Source: Mobula hypostoma
Lineage: Eukaryota
Direction of reading: 5' to 3'
Length of the DNA: 64,000 nt
NCBI RefSeq assembly: GCF_963921235.1
Contig: NC_086097.1
Coordinates: 79,300,001-79,364,000 of the forward strand
The translations under genes and the position numbers were made by a program. The notes beneath the pieces are model-generated. The model did no database searches. It worked only from the letters and a program-made list of their open reading frames with translations, and had not been told where the DNA came from. Positions within the stretch are counted from its first letter, which is position 1; each line of letters begins with the position of its first letter. This document shows, one piece after another, positions 22,987-36,863 of this stretch.

Positions 22987-25900
22987 ACATAAGAACATAA
23001 GAAATAGGAGCAGGAGTAGGCCATCTGGCCCATCGAGCCTACCCTGCCATTCAATAAGATCATGGCTGATCTATCCGTAAACTCAGCTCCACCTACCTGC
23101 CTTTTCCCCATAACCCTTACTTCCTCTACTATGTAAAAATCTAACTGTATCTTAAATATATTTAGCGAAGAAGCCTCAGCTGCTTCCCTGAGTAGAGAAT
23201 TCCACAGATTCACCACTCTCTGGGAAAAACAATTTCTCCTCATCTCCGTCCTAAATCTTCTCCCTTGAATCTTGAGGCAATGTCCACTAGTTCTAGTCTC
23301 AGCTACCAATCGGAACAACTTTCCTACTTCTATCTTATCTATCCCTTTTAAAATGTTGTATGTTTCTAGAAGATTCCCTCTCATTCTTCTGAATTCCAGA
23401 GAGTACAGTCCTAGGCAACTCAGATCTCTCCTCATAGGTTAACCCCTTCATCCCTGGAATCAACCTGGTGAACCTCCTCTGCACTGCCTCCAAAGTCAGT
23501 ATATCCTTCCTCAAGTATGGAGACCAGAACTGCACACAGTACTCCAAGTGCGGCCTCACCAGTACCCTGTATAGTTGCAGCATGACCTCCCTGCTCTTGA
23601 ATTCAATCCCCCTAGCAATGAAGGCCAACATTCCATTTGCCTTCTTAATAACCTGTTATACCTGCAAGCCAACTTTTTGTGATTCATGAACAAGCACTCC
23701 CAAGTCCCTCTGCACAACAGCATGCTGCAATCTTTCACCATTTAAATAATAATCTGCTCTTCTATTATTCCTTCGAAACTGGATGATCTCTCATTTACCA
23801 ACATTGTATTCCATCTGCCAGACCTTGGCCCATTCACTTAACCTATCTATATTCCTCTGCAGACTCTCCACATCATCTGTACAATTTGCTTTTCCATTCA
23901 GTTTAGTGTCATCAACAAATTTTGCTACACTACACTCAGTCCCCTCTTCCAGATCATCAATGTAAATGTTAAACAGCTGCGGACCCAGCACCGACCCCTG
24001 CAGCACCCCACTCACCACTGACTGCCAACCAGAGAAACACCCATTTATACCAACTCTTTGCCTTCTATTGGTTAATCAATCCACTATCCATGCCAATACA
24101 CTTCGTCCTACTCCGTATCTTATTTATTGTGTATCTTATGCATCCGTATCTTATTTATTGTGCGCCACCTTATCAAACGCCTTCTGGAAATCCAAGTATA
24201 CGACATCCACCTGTTCCCCTCTATCTACTACACTCATTATGCCCTCAAAGAACTCCAGTAAATTTGTCAAACAGGACCTGCCCTTTCTGAATCCATGCTG
24301 CGTCTGTCTAATGGAACCACTCCTTTCTAAATGTTTCGCTATTTCTTCCTTAATGGCAGCTTCAAGCATTTCCCCGACTACAGATGTTAAGCTAACTGGC
24401 CTATAGTAGACAACAGGAATTCTGCAGATGCTGGAAATTCAAGCAACATACATCAAAGTTGCTGGTGAACGCAGCAGGCCAAGCAGCATCTATAGGAAGA
24501 AGCGCAGTCGACGTTTCAGGCCGACGAGGGTCTCGGCCTGAAACGTCGACTGCGCTTCTTCCTATAGATGCTGCTTGGCCTGCTGCGTTCACCAGCAACT
24601 TTGATGTATGTGGCCTATAGTAGCCCGTATTTTGCCTACATCCTTTTTTAAAAGTGGCGTGACATTTGCTGCCTTCCAATCCGCCGGGACCTGCCCAGAG
24701 CTATAGAGTTTTGAGAAATCATTACCAACACGTCTACTATAACCTCCGCTAATTCCCTCAGCACCCTGGGATGCATCCCATCAGGACCAGGGAACTTATC
24801 TACCTTCAGGCCCTCTAGTTTGCTCAACACTATCTCTTTAGTGACAGTGATTTTATCGAGGTCCTCACCTCCCATTTCGTCCATAATATCTTTCTTTGCA
24901 TATTAGACACGTCCTCCACCGTGAAGACCGACACAAAAATAGTCGTTCAATGCCTCAGCCATTTCCTTATCACCTAATATCAATTTCCCCTTCTCGTCTT
25001 CCAACGGACCGACGTTGACTTTAGCCACCCTCTTCCGCTTTGTATATTTATAAAAACTATCTGTTTTTATATTTTGTGCTAATTTACTTTCATACTGTAT
25101 CTTCCCTTTCCTTATTTCTTGTTTAGTTGTTCTTTGTTGCTTTTTGAAGTTTTCCCAATCCTCCAGTCTCCCACTACTCCTTGTGACTTTGTACCCATGA
25201 GCTTTTAATTTCATACTATCGTTTATTTCCTCAGTTATCCAAGGCTGGCTCTCCCCACATTTACTGTCCTTACTTTTGACTGGAATATACTTTTGTTGAG
25301 CACTATGAAAAATCTCTTTGGAAGTATTCCACTGTTCCTCAACTGTTCTACCAAATAGCCTGTGCTCCAAATCTATATTAGCCAACTCCTCCTTCATCCC
25401 ATTGTAGTCTCCCTTGTTCAAGCATAATACACTAGTTTTAGATCTAACTATTTCATCCTCCATCTGTAGGCGAAATTCAATCATAGTCTGATCACTCTTT
25501 CCAAAAGGATCCCTGACTACAAGATCGTTAATCTTACTTGTCTCATTGCACAGGACTACATCTAAGATAGTATTTTCGCTTGTAGGTTCACTAACATGCT
25601 ACTCAAGAAAGCCATCATGGATGCATTCTATGAAGTCCTCCTCAAGACTTCCTTGACCAACCTGATTCACCCAATCTATGTGGAAATTAAAATCCCCCAT
25701 GCCGTTCCGTTCTTACAAGCCTCAGTTATTTCTTGGTTAATCGCCTCTGCCACTGCAAATATTTTTATTAGGTGGCCTATAGACAACTCCCACCAGTGAT
25801 TTTTTTTCCCTTTTCTATTCTTAATCTCTACCCAGATGGACTCAACATTCTGCTCCGTAGATCTTATATCATCTCCCACAATCGCCCTGGTCTCATCCCT

Positions 25901-26260
25901 AATCAAGAGCACCACCCCACCTCCTCTGCCTTCCTGCCTATTTTTCTGTATTACCTGATACTCTTGGATATTTAATTCCCAGTCATCTCCACCTTGCAAC
26001 CAGGTTTCTGTAATGGTCACTAAATCATATGCCTCGGTACTGATCTGTGCCACAAGTTCACTAACCTTGTTTCTAATACTACGGGCATTTAGATAAAGTT
26101 CCCTAATACTCATTGTCCTTTTAGAATCTAGTGACCTATGCGATTTTTGCTTTTTACTTTTATGCACTCTACTCTTACTTTTTACTTCACTAACTCTAGC
26201 TTTGGACTCTGCATGACTTCCCTCTTCTTTTCTGTGTGGGTTCCCATCCCCATATGGTAC
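22987..26260 (-). mobile_element. CR1 LINE with nearly the whole ORF2 (APE endonuclease + RT), frameshifted
   Basis: LYLNARSIRNK...ITETWL, GGGVVLLIR, KFPGPDGMHPR, YLDFQKAFDKV, QGSVLGP, KFVDDTKL and RPHLEYCVQFWSP across successive ORFs. Tail repeat at 22987. Confidence 0.93.
24410..24610. mobile_element. Fold-back (palindromic) Penelope-derived insertion inside the CR1
   Basis: Perfect 79-bp inverted arms at 24446-24524 and 24533-24611. 13-bp TSD tggcctatagtag at 24397-24409 and 24611-24623. Confidence 0.9.
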
Positions 26261-26442
26261 TAGTTGCTCTTTTAATGTAAAACAAGGTTTATTTTTTTAA
26301 TTAGATAAACATTAATTGCAAGGAAAAAAAGTTTATTTAAACTTTCCAAAAGAATTCATGATTTCTAAGTGAGCTTAAACTTCTATATTTGTAAACAAAT
26401 TCAGTGAAACAAGAATGAACAACAAACAAAGGAAGTACATAC

Positions 26443-26520
26443 ATCAAAGAGTGGTGATGCAAGAAGAGCACTGAGTTCCTGTCCATCCTTTTGATGACTA
26501 ATGGTTAAAATCTTTTGGAC
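26443..26520 (-). CDS. PALS1: PALS1 coding exon 3 (L27C)
   Basis: tttttgaAG|VQKILTISHQKDGQELSALLASPLFD|GTATGT. 78 nt, phase 0/0. Confidence 0.94.
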
Positions 26521-27067
26521 CTTCAAAAAAAAACAATGTACAAAAATGCATTAGCATTATTATGCATATATCTTATGTGCTTAAATTGCTATCTTTTAAT
26601 CAGCACGTTTTGAATCTTTCTCCATCTACTGACAAGTTTGTTCAAGAACAGAAGGCTATCAAATGTGAACTGATCACTGACTTTATTGAAATATCTGTAG
26701 AACAGAAGTCATGGCAAACATACATTTATTGCTCAACCCCAAATATTTGCAGTTTGCACAGCATTGGGAATTTATCAAATGGCCCCTCAGGCTCGCTATT
26801 CCTTTCAACATTGACAAGGATGTTTCTGGATCTCAATTACATTCAGTCAGCTATTCCTCAGAACAAGCCTTCCACAAACAAGAGAACATCTGCAAATATG
26901 GTTGCTGGAAATCTGAGCAACACACACAAAATACTGGAGGAACTCAGATCCTCCAGTTCTCTTTCTGTTCTGGTCTCAGCCTTAAAGATACTCAACGACA
27001 GAGCATCCATCCTTCTCAAGCTAGCAGATTCCAAAAATTTACAACCTTTTGCATTGTGTTTAAACTC

Positions 27068-27167
27068 AAACCTGAAACTATGCCCAGTTGTTCTGGTCTC
27101 TCCAGCGAGGGGAAGCAAAACCTGAAACTATGCCCAGTAATTCTAGTCTCTCCAGCAAGGGGAAGCA
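27068..27167. repeat. 50-bp tandem duplication in a decayed CR1 3' fragment
   Basis: aaacctgaaactatgcccagt...ggggaagca occurs twice, period 50, with a few mismatches. Confidence 0.85.
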
Positions 27168-28733
27168 GATTCCCGCCCCCACCCCCCAGAATTTTGCTTC
27201 AATGAAATCACCTCTCACTCTTTCCAGTACATACAGGGCAATCATAAGCCGTCATCATTCAATGCCTCAGATCAGTGCAGTAAATCCTTACTGCAGCAAC
27301 TTGAAGATAAATAAACAAAACAAACAAAACCAAATACTGCAGCTGGCTTAAAATGCGATATAAACAAGGACAGGTAGCATTTATGGAGAGAGAAACAGAG
27401 AAAGGCTTCCAGAAATGTCAGTAGAATTGTGTGTGTGTTCTTTTAAAAAGAGCTTTGCAAGGTCTCAACCAAGTATACTTCAAGAACATTTGGACTTGTA
27501 CTACCCAAGTGCAATAGTTAATGTTATTTGGAATACAGTTAACTAATTTTGAAATCGGTGACTTTACTTTGCCATTTTAAGTGCCTTCAAGCATTTTACA
27601 AATACACAATCCCCAAAAGCAGCAATTTATTGAATAATTAACAATTTATATGAAGAATTTGTTGACAAAGTTTCTTCAGCTCATCAAATCTTCCCCGTGT
27701 CTTTCACTATATTGTTTTTTCAAAAAGATTAGAAGTACTTTCAATTTTTTCCACTGTAATTAAATAGTAAGCTACTAGATTTTAAACAATCACCGAAGTC
27801 ACCCCCACAAGTTCCAAAAAATGTATTGAGTGAATGCCACATCATCACATTCATGGAGAGAATGCAAGGGATAGGGAACACAGCAATGCTGGAAGTACTT
27901 AAAAATGTGCTTTAGAACGTTCAGTTATGAACAGTGGTGAAACAGAAGGAAGAATGAATATGCAAGTACTGGATTAACAAGTTAATAGAATTTAGATATT
28001 AGATACCCTGTCATACTTGCCAGACTGCTCTGAGAGTATCTCATAAATCTGTGAGCAAGGAGGACAAGGTAGCAGTTGCTGAGGAACACTGGCACCTGCA
28101 GGAAGTCACACATTATACCGAGTTTCATCTTTGTGGGCCCACATCCTATGTATCCCTACCCACCTACACTTAAAAGAACCAACTCAGGACAATTCATCTC
28201 CAATTTTAAAGGCTCACATTAGGGATGGGCAAAAAAATACCGGCCTTGCCAGCAATGCCCACATTTCACAAGTGAATAAAAAAAAGGGCATCAGTATTCT
28301 AATGTATATAATAAAAAAGAATCTACAATTTTACCAAATATATTCTGTTGACTAAAATATAACAAGGTACAACTCAATAAAGAATTTTAGATCAAACATT
28401 TTACAAAAACCTACAGAGAAATGTAAAATATTTAAGACAATAAAAATTAAATTTCAATAATGGAACAGCTATTTTTAAAATGGCACATACATATATTGGT
28501 AACAAAATCATTTCATGATATCCTACTGCATATGTGTTGCAGCAATTCATAACAGTTTCACCCCAATAACTTCCTCTGGAAATAGTGACTGTTTCTTTTC
28601 TCAATGCTTCACTCATTCCTTCTTCAGGAAATTCAATGACTTCCATTATTACTGTACATATTGATAAACTCTTCCACAACTTTATTACTTAGTAAACCAA
28701 AAACCTCTACCCATGATCTCTGATGCATTCATT

Positions 28734-30200
28734 ATGTTGCAAGCTTACACCAGTGACTGTCCCGCACTTTTCCTACACTACACCGACAACTGCACTGGTG
28801 CTGCTTCCTGCACCCGTGCTGATCTCGTTGATTTCATCCACTTTGCCTCCAACTTCCACCCAACCCTCAAAATTCAAGGTCCATTTCTGACACTTCCCTT
28901 CCTTATCTCACTGTCTCTATCTCCAGAGACAGCTTATCCATCACTGACTTATAAACCAATGGACTCTCACAGCTACCTGGGCTATACCTCATCCCACCCT
29001 GCTACTTGTAAAAACACCATCCCCTTCTCTCAATTCCTCCGTCTCTGCTGCATCTGCTTTAAGGATGAGGCTTTTCATTCTGGAACTAAGGAGATGTCCT
29101 CTTTTTTCAAAGGAAGGGGCTTCCCTTCCTCCACCATCAACACTGCCCTCAACCGCATCTCTTCCATTTCATGCACGTCTGCTCTTACCCCATCCTCCCA
29201 CCACCCCACCAGGGATAGGGTTCCTCCAGTCCTCACCTATCAACCCACCAGCCTCCGCGTCCAGTACATAATTCTCCAAAACTTCCGCCACCTCCAACTG
29301 GACTCCCAAACACATTCCCCACCCCCACCCCCGCTTTCCGCAGGGATCGCTCCCTACCCGACTCCCTTGTCTATTCCTCCCTCCCCACTTATCTCCTGGC
29401 ACTTACCCTTGCAAGTGGAACCAGTGCTTCACCTGACCCCACACCTCCTCCCTCACTACCATTCAGGGCCCTAAACAGTCTTTCCAGGTGAGACAACACT
29501 TCACCTGTGTTGGGGTCCTACACTGTGTTCGGTGCTCCCGGTGTGGCCTCTTGTACATCGATGAGATCCGACATACAAACGTAGATTGGGAGACTGCTTC
29601 ACCAAGCATCTACGCTCCGTCCACCAGAACAAGTGGTATCTCCCAGTGGTCACCCATTTTAATTCCACTTTCCATTCCTATTCCAATATTCCATCCATGG
29701 CCTCCTCCAATGTCAGGATAAGGCCACACTTAGGTTGGAGGAACAACACCTTAAATTCTGTCTGCGTAACCTTCAACCTGATGGCATGAACATGGATTTC
29801 TCAAACTTCCAGTAATGCCTCCGCCATCCCCCTTCACCATTTCCCATCCCCTCTGTCATGCGATTTTCTTGCCCACCCATCGCCTCCCTCTGGTGCTCCT
29901 CCCCCCCACCTTTCTTCTTTCTTCCATGGCCTTCTCTCTCTTTCACCAATCAACTTCCTAACTCTTTGTTTCATTTCTCCCCCTCCAAGTTTCACCAAGC
30001 ATCTGGTGTTTCTCTCTCCCCTTCCCCCAACTTTCAAATCTACTCCTCAGCTTTTTTTCTCCAGTTCTGCCGAAGGGTTTCGGCCCAAAACATTGACTGT
30101 ACTTTTTTTCTATAGATGCTGCCTAGCCTGCTGAGTTCCTCCAGCATTTTGTGTGTGTTGCTCGGATATCCAGCATCTGTAGATTTTCTCTTGTTTGTGA
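28734..30200 (+). mobile_element. Penelope-like element (RT C-terminal half, GIY-YIG, 3' region), older copy
   Basis: HYTDNC (degenerate YxDD), YKPMDSHSYL.YTSSHP, IPFSQFLRL, VLHCVRCSRCGLLYIDE. Degenerate hammerhead at ~30063-30098. Confidence 0.9.
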
Positions 30201-31572
30201 CCCATTCTCTCTAAATGGCTAGAGCAAAATCTTAACACACTTTAACCATTATCTAAATTCTAGTAAATTCATTATCATTACTTTTGTTGATGAAGCATAG
30301 AGCTGTCAGTAGGGACGAACAGCATTTCCACTAACTGAAAAGATTTTACTACTTGAAAAAAAATTTTACTCATGTAGATAGCTGTCTTCACCCTGGGGCA
30401 AAGGCAAATGCTCAAAGGGAAACCAAGGAATTTTGAGGATGGAAGAGTAACTAAAGTCATGTTCCAAGTAATTGCGAAGACATTTGAAAGAACTGAGGAA
30501 GGCAACGCTGAGAAAGAAAGTAACTCTGATTGGGATCCCAGGGGAAATAGATAAAGACTGAGAAAGAAAACTATCAAGTAACATAATGTGTAAACTGAAA
30601 ACATTGGTTAAACGTAATGGCCAGGAGCTGTGGGTCAAAGAATGGAGTTCTAAATAGAGTGAACATAGCACAGTACAGCTGGGATGAATGGATTACACAC
30701 TTCTGCATTCACTTTTGATTCAGGTGTCTGCAAATGGGGAGAAGAAAAATCTTCAAATTGTTCACTGGAGTTAGTCTCACTAACACTGAGAGTACAGAAG
30801 GGTGACACAATGTACTCCTTGGGATTACACTGCATTGTAACTGGAGACCAATTTCTGAATACACTGAGCACCAGATTTAATCCAAAGAGAATGTCTGGAA
30901 GGGTAATGATTACGCAGGCACACAAATATAATTTTGAGAGTTGAGCAAGTTAGTTGGACTTAGTAATGAGCTGAAGAAAATTATAGCTCATGCTAGACTT
31001 GGATAACATCACCTAAAACTTTACATCAATGATGACAATACAATTTCACCTTCTGAAGATGATCCAACATGCATGAAGGACATTCAGTGCAGCCAGCATA
31101 CAGGTAACAAATATGGAGGTGGGGGGGGGGGAGAGAGGAATAAAAAAAAGATTTCAGGAAGACAGGTATGATCAGGCAGACATAAGAGAAGAAACCATCA
31201 GCAAATGCTGCCATTGCAGTGGAGTATGAATAAATAACTTCTCATATTCCAGAATAACAGATGACTGAAGTGACATATTATTTAACAGTACTGAAATGGG
31301 CTTCAGAAGGTGCCATCAAAATACTGCTAATACTGGGGTAGAAATTTATCTTTGGTTTTATTTTAAGAGCTGCAGTCAACGATGCTGCACATTATACACA
31401 TTTTCTAAGCTTTGTTTCATTGAAGTCAACAGGACTAAATTTTGGGAATGGAAGATAATGCACAATAATACCATAAGCACACAGTTAATGCTAGCTGTCA
31501 AGAACAAACCTCTACCCCATAAAATTCTATATTAAAAATGCAATTCTCTAATCAAATTAACAATTGACCTAC

Positions 31573-31781
31573 CTCCTGGGATAATTCCTGTGCATTGGAG
31601 CTTATAGGGTAAGGTGGACTCATCTTGTGCATATGAACTGCTACTGTATTGTGAATGTTGAAGGCATTTTGGAAATCTTGGTTCTGAACCAGCTGCAAAA
31701 TGAGTGCCACATCATCCTGACTCTGACTGTCAACCAGGTTATGTTGGATATGTTTTAGAGAAGACAGCAGTTCATCTACCT
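31573..31781 (-). CDS. PALS1: PALS1 coding exon 2 (L27N domain)
   Basis: ctAG|AG GTA GAT GAA CTG CTG TCT TCT CTA AAA CAT ATC CAA CAT gives (E)[13 protein letters not shown]...QELSQE, then |GTAGGT. 209 nt, phase-compatible. Not in the ORF track. Confidence 0.96.
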
Positions 31782-32550
31782 CTAGAGTTCAAGAACAAAA
31801 AAGTCTTGTTAATAGAATGGTTCAAAAGCATATAATAATTCTTCTTGCAGGCACAATTGCCAGTAAACAAGTGACTCAGAGACTAGACATACCTCAATTC
31901 TAATCCACAGATAATGAATTGCCTAGTTCCATATATGTCAGCAATTTATAAAGAAGTGAACTAAAAAAGGGCTTTAGCAAAAGAAAGAGTGGGCTAGAGA
32001 GAAGGGAGCAGCTAAGGAAAATTACATGGAAGAGGTCATGTATGGTTTCATACTTGGTGACATTCTCCTCCAAGAGTTGAACAACTTATGAAAAATCATC
32101 ATTAAGACCTTTGAGAAAATTTGGCTGTGGATGAAATTATAGAAGGCAATTGGCAGAATGACACCATTGTCTTTTAAGGAAAAGAACATTGGGAAGATAT
32201 CATGTTTTGTCTGCTCACATCCCAAAATACATTTATGATATATTTTTATATACTGCTGTTGACCTATTATTAATAGGGAAAAAAAATAAAACCCAATTAT
32301 AATTTCAGTTACAACATCATGCACTAGTGTTATAAAACTAATAACAAGTTTCAAATTTAGATTAAATATTCATATAAAATATTCCTGCATCTAGACAGCC
32401 AGCTCCATTTGAAGCAAAGGTGGGTAGTTAAGTGTTCAAATTTTTAGAAGATATTTTTCAGTGATGGAATGCACTTTCATTTCACAAATCCAATTAGCAT
32501 CAGCTATAACCACAAGAGAGTTACAATAATGCTCATAAAACAGGCAGCAG

Positions 32551-34364
32551 ATTTATTTAAGACTAACTTTTTACCATTAATAGACCATATTACTCAACTT
32601 TCATCTAAATGGTTTCCCTTATATTTAACTTTGATTGGTCGTATTAATGCAGTTAAGATGTTTTTTTTGCCAAAATTTTTATATGTGTTTCAGGCATTAC
32701 CAATTTTCGTTCCTAAATCTTTTTTTGATAAAGTTGACTCTAAAATTTCTTCATTTATTTGGCAGAACAAGAATCCGAGACTGGGTAAAATACATTTACA
32801 GAAAGCTAAGAGAGATGGAGGTTTAGCATTACCTAACTTTAGATTTTATTATTGGGCTATTAATATTCGACATATGAAATTTTGGTTACTTGATCGGGAC
32901 ATACTATTTATTCCTAAATGGGTAGCATTGGAATTACAATCTGTTCAGGGTTATACACTTGGTTCTATTTTAGGTTCCTCTCTTCCTTTTGATTCGAAAC
33001 GTCTTAAGCAGGTCTCTAACCCGATAGTTAAATATGCTTTGCGCATTTGGTTTCAATTCAGAAAATTTTTTGATCTTAATCAATTCGGGTTAGCGATTCC
33101 TATTTTAGGTAACATATTTTTTCCTCCCTCTTTTACGGATCGCGCTTTTCAAACTTGGAAGACTAAGGGTATTTTACGGTTTTTGGATTTATTTTTAGAT
33201 GGTTCCCTTATGTCTTTTGAACAATTATCTAACAAATATAACTTATCAAGAATACATTTTTTTAGATATTTACAAGTTAGAAATTTCCTAAGTACTATAC
33301 TTACTTCCTTTCCAATGCTTCCTCCTATATATATTTTAGATTCGATAATTAACCTTAATCCATGTCAGAAAGGTGCATCGGCTATGATTTATAATATTAT
33401 TATGAAACTTAGGAAAGCTCCATTTGATAAGATTAGGGTAGATTGGGAACAGGAATTGGGGCTTACCATTTCTGTGGATGATTGGGGGCAGATTTTACAA
33501 TTAGTTAATACTTCCTCTATTTGTGCTAAACATTCCCTAATTCAATTTAAAGTGGTTCATAGAGCACATATGTCCAAAGATAAGTTAGCGCGTTTTTACT
33601 CGCATATTAATCCTTTCTGTGATAGATGTTCGGGGCAGATAGCCTCTTTAACTCATATGTTTTGGTCTTGCCCTACTTTGGAAACTTTTTGGAGAGATAT
33701 TTTCAATATTATTTCTAAGGTATTAAATATAGATATCTCTCCTCACCCTATTACTGCTATCTTTGGACTACCTAAAATTTCTAGTAATCTTTCCCCTTCA
33801 GCCCGTAGAATGATTGCATTTCTTACTTTAATGGCGAAAAGATGTATTTTACAACATTGGAAAGAGCTTAATGCTCCAACTACCTTTTTTTGGTTTTCTC
33901 AGACGATTTTATGTTTGAATCTGGAGAAAATTAGAAGTAACCTTTATGATTCTTCATTTAAATTTGAACAGATTTGGGGACCTTTTATTCGATATTTTCA
34001 TTTAATGTAATATTTACCCTTCTTGTTTTCTCTTCACTGTTTTAATGGAGGTCGGGATTGAGGACGTGATTTTAAGTTTAACTCTGTTTGGTTTCAAGTT
34101 AGCCCATTGCTTTGCTTTGCTTTTAGTTAGTTGCACGGTGGGTTTTTTTTTGGGGTTTTTTTTTTCTTTTTTTCCATTGATATATATAAAATCTAGTATA
34201 CTATTATGTTATCTTGGTTTCTTATGCTTAAATTACATTGTTTGTAGTATTTTCTTTTTGGTATTGTTATCTTTTGGAATTTTATTATACTTTAACATTG
34301 TATTAATGTTTATATGGCTTACCTTTTTTGTATACTTACTCAATAAAAAGATTTAAAAAGAAAG
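32551..34364 (+). mobile_element. Young 5'-truncated L1-clade LINE (ORF2 C-terminal ~490 aa, stop 34010)
   Basis: LTLIGRINAVKM, GGLALPNFRFYYWA and the CDRC...HMFWSC zinc knuckle. AATAAA at 34342 and an A-rich tail. 14-bp TSD aaaacaggcagcag at 32537-32550 and 34365-34378. Confidence 0.93.
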
Positions 34365-34594
34365 AAAACAGGCAGCAGTCCTTCTACCTATTTCAATAAA
34401 ATATCCTTTCAAATAAAAATCAAGAGGTGAATCCTCCTGTATAGCTTTTCGCACCTTGTATGTCAGCCACTAATTGTGTACCTTCTGACAATGATTTTTA
34501 AATGGTATTCTCATTTCATCTAAATTAGGTTAGGTTTGACAACGAAGTTACATCTATTAAAATTCAGCTGAAAATATCCAACATAATAGAGACA

Positions 34595-34893
34595 CACCAT
34601 AGAAACAGACCCTTCTGCCCACAGAGTTCAAACCCATATACTATCCTACCCGAACCCATCTCGCTTTTCCCCACCCTCCCAGCAACTCAACTATATTCTA
34701 CCACTCAGCTTCACAACAGGGGCAACCTATGATAGCTGATCAACCAACCAATTTGCACACGTTTGGGTATGGTAGAAATATCTGAACAAAACCCAAGTGG
34801 TCATGGGGGAGAACCCCAGACAAACAGCACCAGCAGTCAGGATTGAAACTGGGTCACTGGAGCTTTGAGGCAGCAGGTCTATTAGCTGCACCA
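34595..34893 (-). mobile_element. Decayed tRNA-derived SINE
   Basis: The minus strand begins ggtgcagctaatag...gacccagtttcaatcc (A/B-box-like) and ends with a CR1-like gtctgtttctatg tail. Confidence 0.5.
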
Positions 34894-36686
34894 AATAACT
34901 TAATGCTGACTAGCAGGCATTTGCATCTCCCACAAAGATGGGCACAATTTGACCTAAATTCTTTCTGTATTGTGGATTGGCTAAGTGTCAAGTAAAACTG
35001 ATTCAGTCATAAGTTGCTCACCGGAAGCAGAATGGTACTATGATGCAACAAAATCTACAAGGACCTCCTGAAAACACAGCAACATTTTTTTGTGGATAAA
35101 GAGAATGTCAGAAGTTAAGCAGTCGCTGATCAAGCAACCAAACGATACATCGTTGGATGTGGTAGAAATATCTGGATGGAACCCAAATAAGCATAGGATA
35201 TATGAATGCTCAGCACAAGAACCAGCATTAATAAAATATGCTTTTCAAAGGCTAGCATAGTGGCACTTTACAATTTAACACAATAAACATATCCTAACTT
35301 CAAAACAATAACTTCACATCTACAAATTTCAATGGAAGAAAAATGATGTATTTTAATCACTGGTATGCAGACAGAATTGTTTCAAATATCGTTCATAAAA
35401 CAGAAAAGGTGTCAATAAAAAGATTAATCAAATTCATTCGGCATTTATCAACCACAACTTGCCACCAACAGTATGCCATGCATGCTCACCATTGTTGACC
35501 TAATGTAAGGAACTGTCTGTGTTGACTTGCAGTGCTTAGATGTCAAATGGCAAAGCAACGTGATGTGGCAAGCTATGAATGTAATATTATCACATATCTT
35601 AGAATAAGCTCTACTCATGAAATAGAAGGAAAAGACAGTTGGCTTCCTGTCAGTAACTGTTCTTGAATGTTCTTCACGTTCAGAAGAATTAAAATATTAT
35701 TTAGAATCAATAAAAACACATCCTAATTATCATTAGAAATTAATGCAACAAGGATAAAACCACTTAAATTACAAAAGATATTGACATAAGCTAAATTAAA
35801 ATGTGTAATAAAAATCTCAGTCGTATATTTAATTGACTCCTTTGCAGCAATTAATAGTTCCTTTCTATTCAAATGAATGGACAATGAGTACAATAGATAA
35901 AAAACGAACGTAAAGAACACTAAGTCTGAAGCTGACACTATAGGTTAAGAGCAGGCAGCAAGTTCAGGATTTCTCCTTTCAGGTGGATATTTCAAAGTTG
36001 GATTCATATGCTGAGAAATACCAAGTTTAGCACACAACTGCTAACAATTTACAGCCAGCCTATTCCACAGCCTTAACAGGTTATAGCACTGAGATAATGC
36101 AGTGGATACGAAGAAAATAATTTTTAGATTTAAAAACTATTGTGACTCAATTCACTACTGGAGATTGGAGGATGGGGACAAGAGAACTGAACTCTGTATT
36201 AACATTCAAAACATAACGGACAAGAAAAGAAATAATCTTCTGAAAGAATAACATCTTTGCTTTGCTTTTCATGTATTGCTTTGGCTCAGATATTTAGTGA
36301 CGCTTGAATTAATCATTCAATATAAGGGAGAATTAGACAGTGATGAACAGAGAAACAGTGGTGACAACAGTTGGATAACATGCAGGAACTAATATTAATA
36401 GATTATTAACACTCAACCATCAAAAGGAAAATTTGCATTTTATGGCAAAATTTAATTTTTACTGTAAATGGGTTTAACTTGCACCTGGTCACCACTGATC
36501 TTTGCCATTCTTATGATGTGTACTATGAACAGCAGCCTTAACTTTTACAACAGAAGATAAACTTGCAAATATTTCATTTGGAGAACTAGACTTGGATGTG
36601 CCATAATGTACTAATATTTTAAGCCACCTGATTCATTATACATGGAAAACCATAATTACGTAGGCACACACTATGTATTTCTAGAG

Positions 36687-36766
36687 CAGGGGTTCTCGAC
36701 CTTCATTATGGTATCGACCCCTACCATTAACCAAGAGGTCCACGGAGCCCAGGTTGGGAACCCCTG
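36687..36766. mobile_element. 80-bp hAT (Charlie-like) MITE
   Basis: TIRs CAGGGGTTCTCGACCT / AGGTTGGGAACCCCTG. 8-bp TSD ttctagag/ttctacag. Confidence 0.85.
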
Positions 36767-36863
36767 TTCTACAGCAAGACAATTGCATTGCATTAGAAAC
36801 ATTATACATTTGACTTAAGATCTAGTAATGACTTCTTCACACACATATTGCCAAGTTACATAC

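Noticed and set aside
26562..27351. Overlapping 164-187 aa ORFs
   Set aside because: They run through decayed Penelope and CR1 fragments and a tandem duplication, with no recognisable protein.
32469..34010. 513-aa ORF as a nested host gene
   Set aside because: It is an L1 ORF2 C-terminus bounded by TSDs; the first ~27 codons are read-through from flanking DNA.
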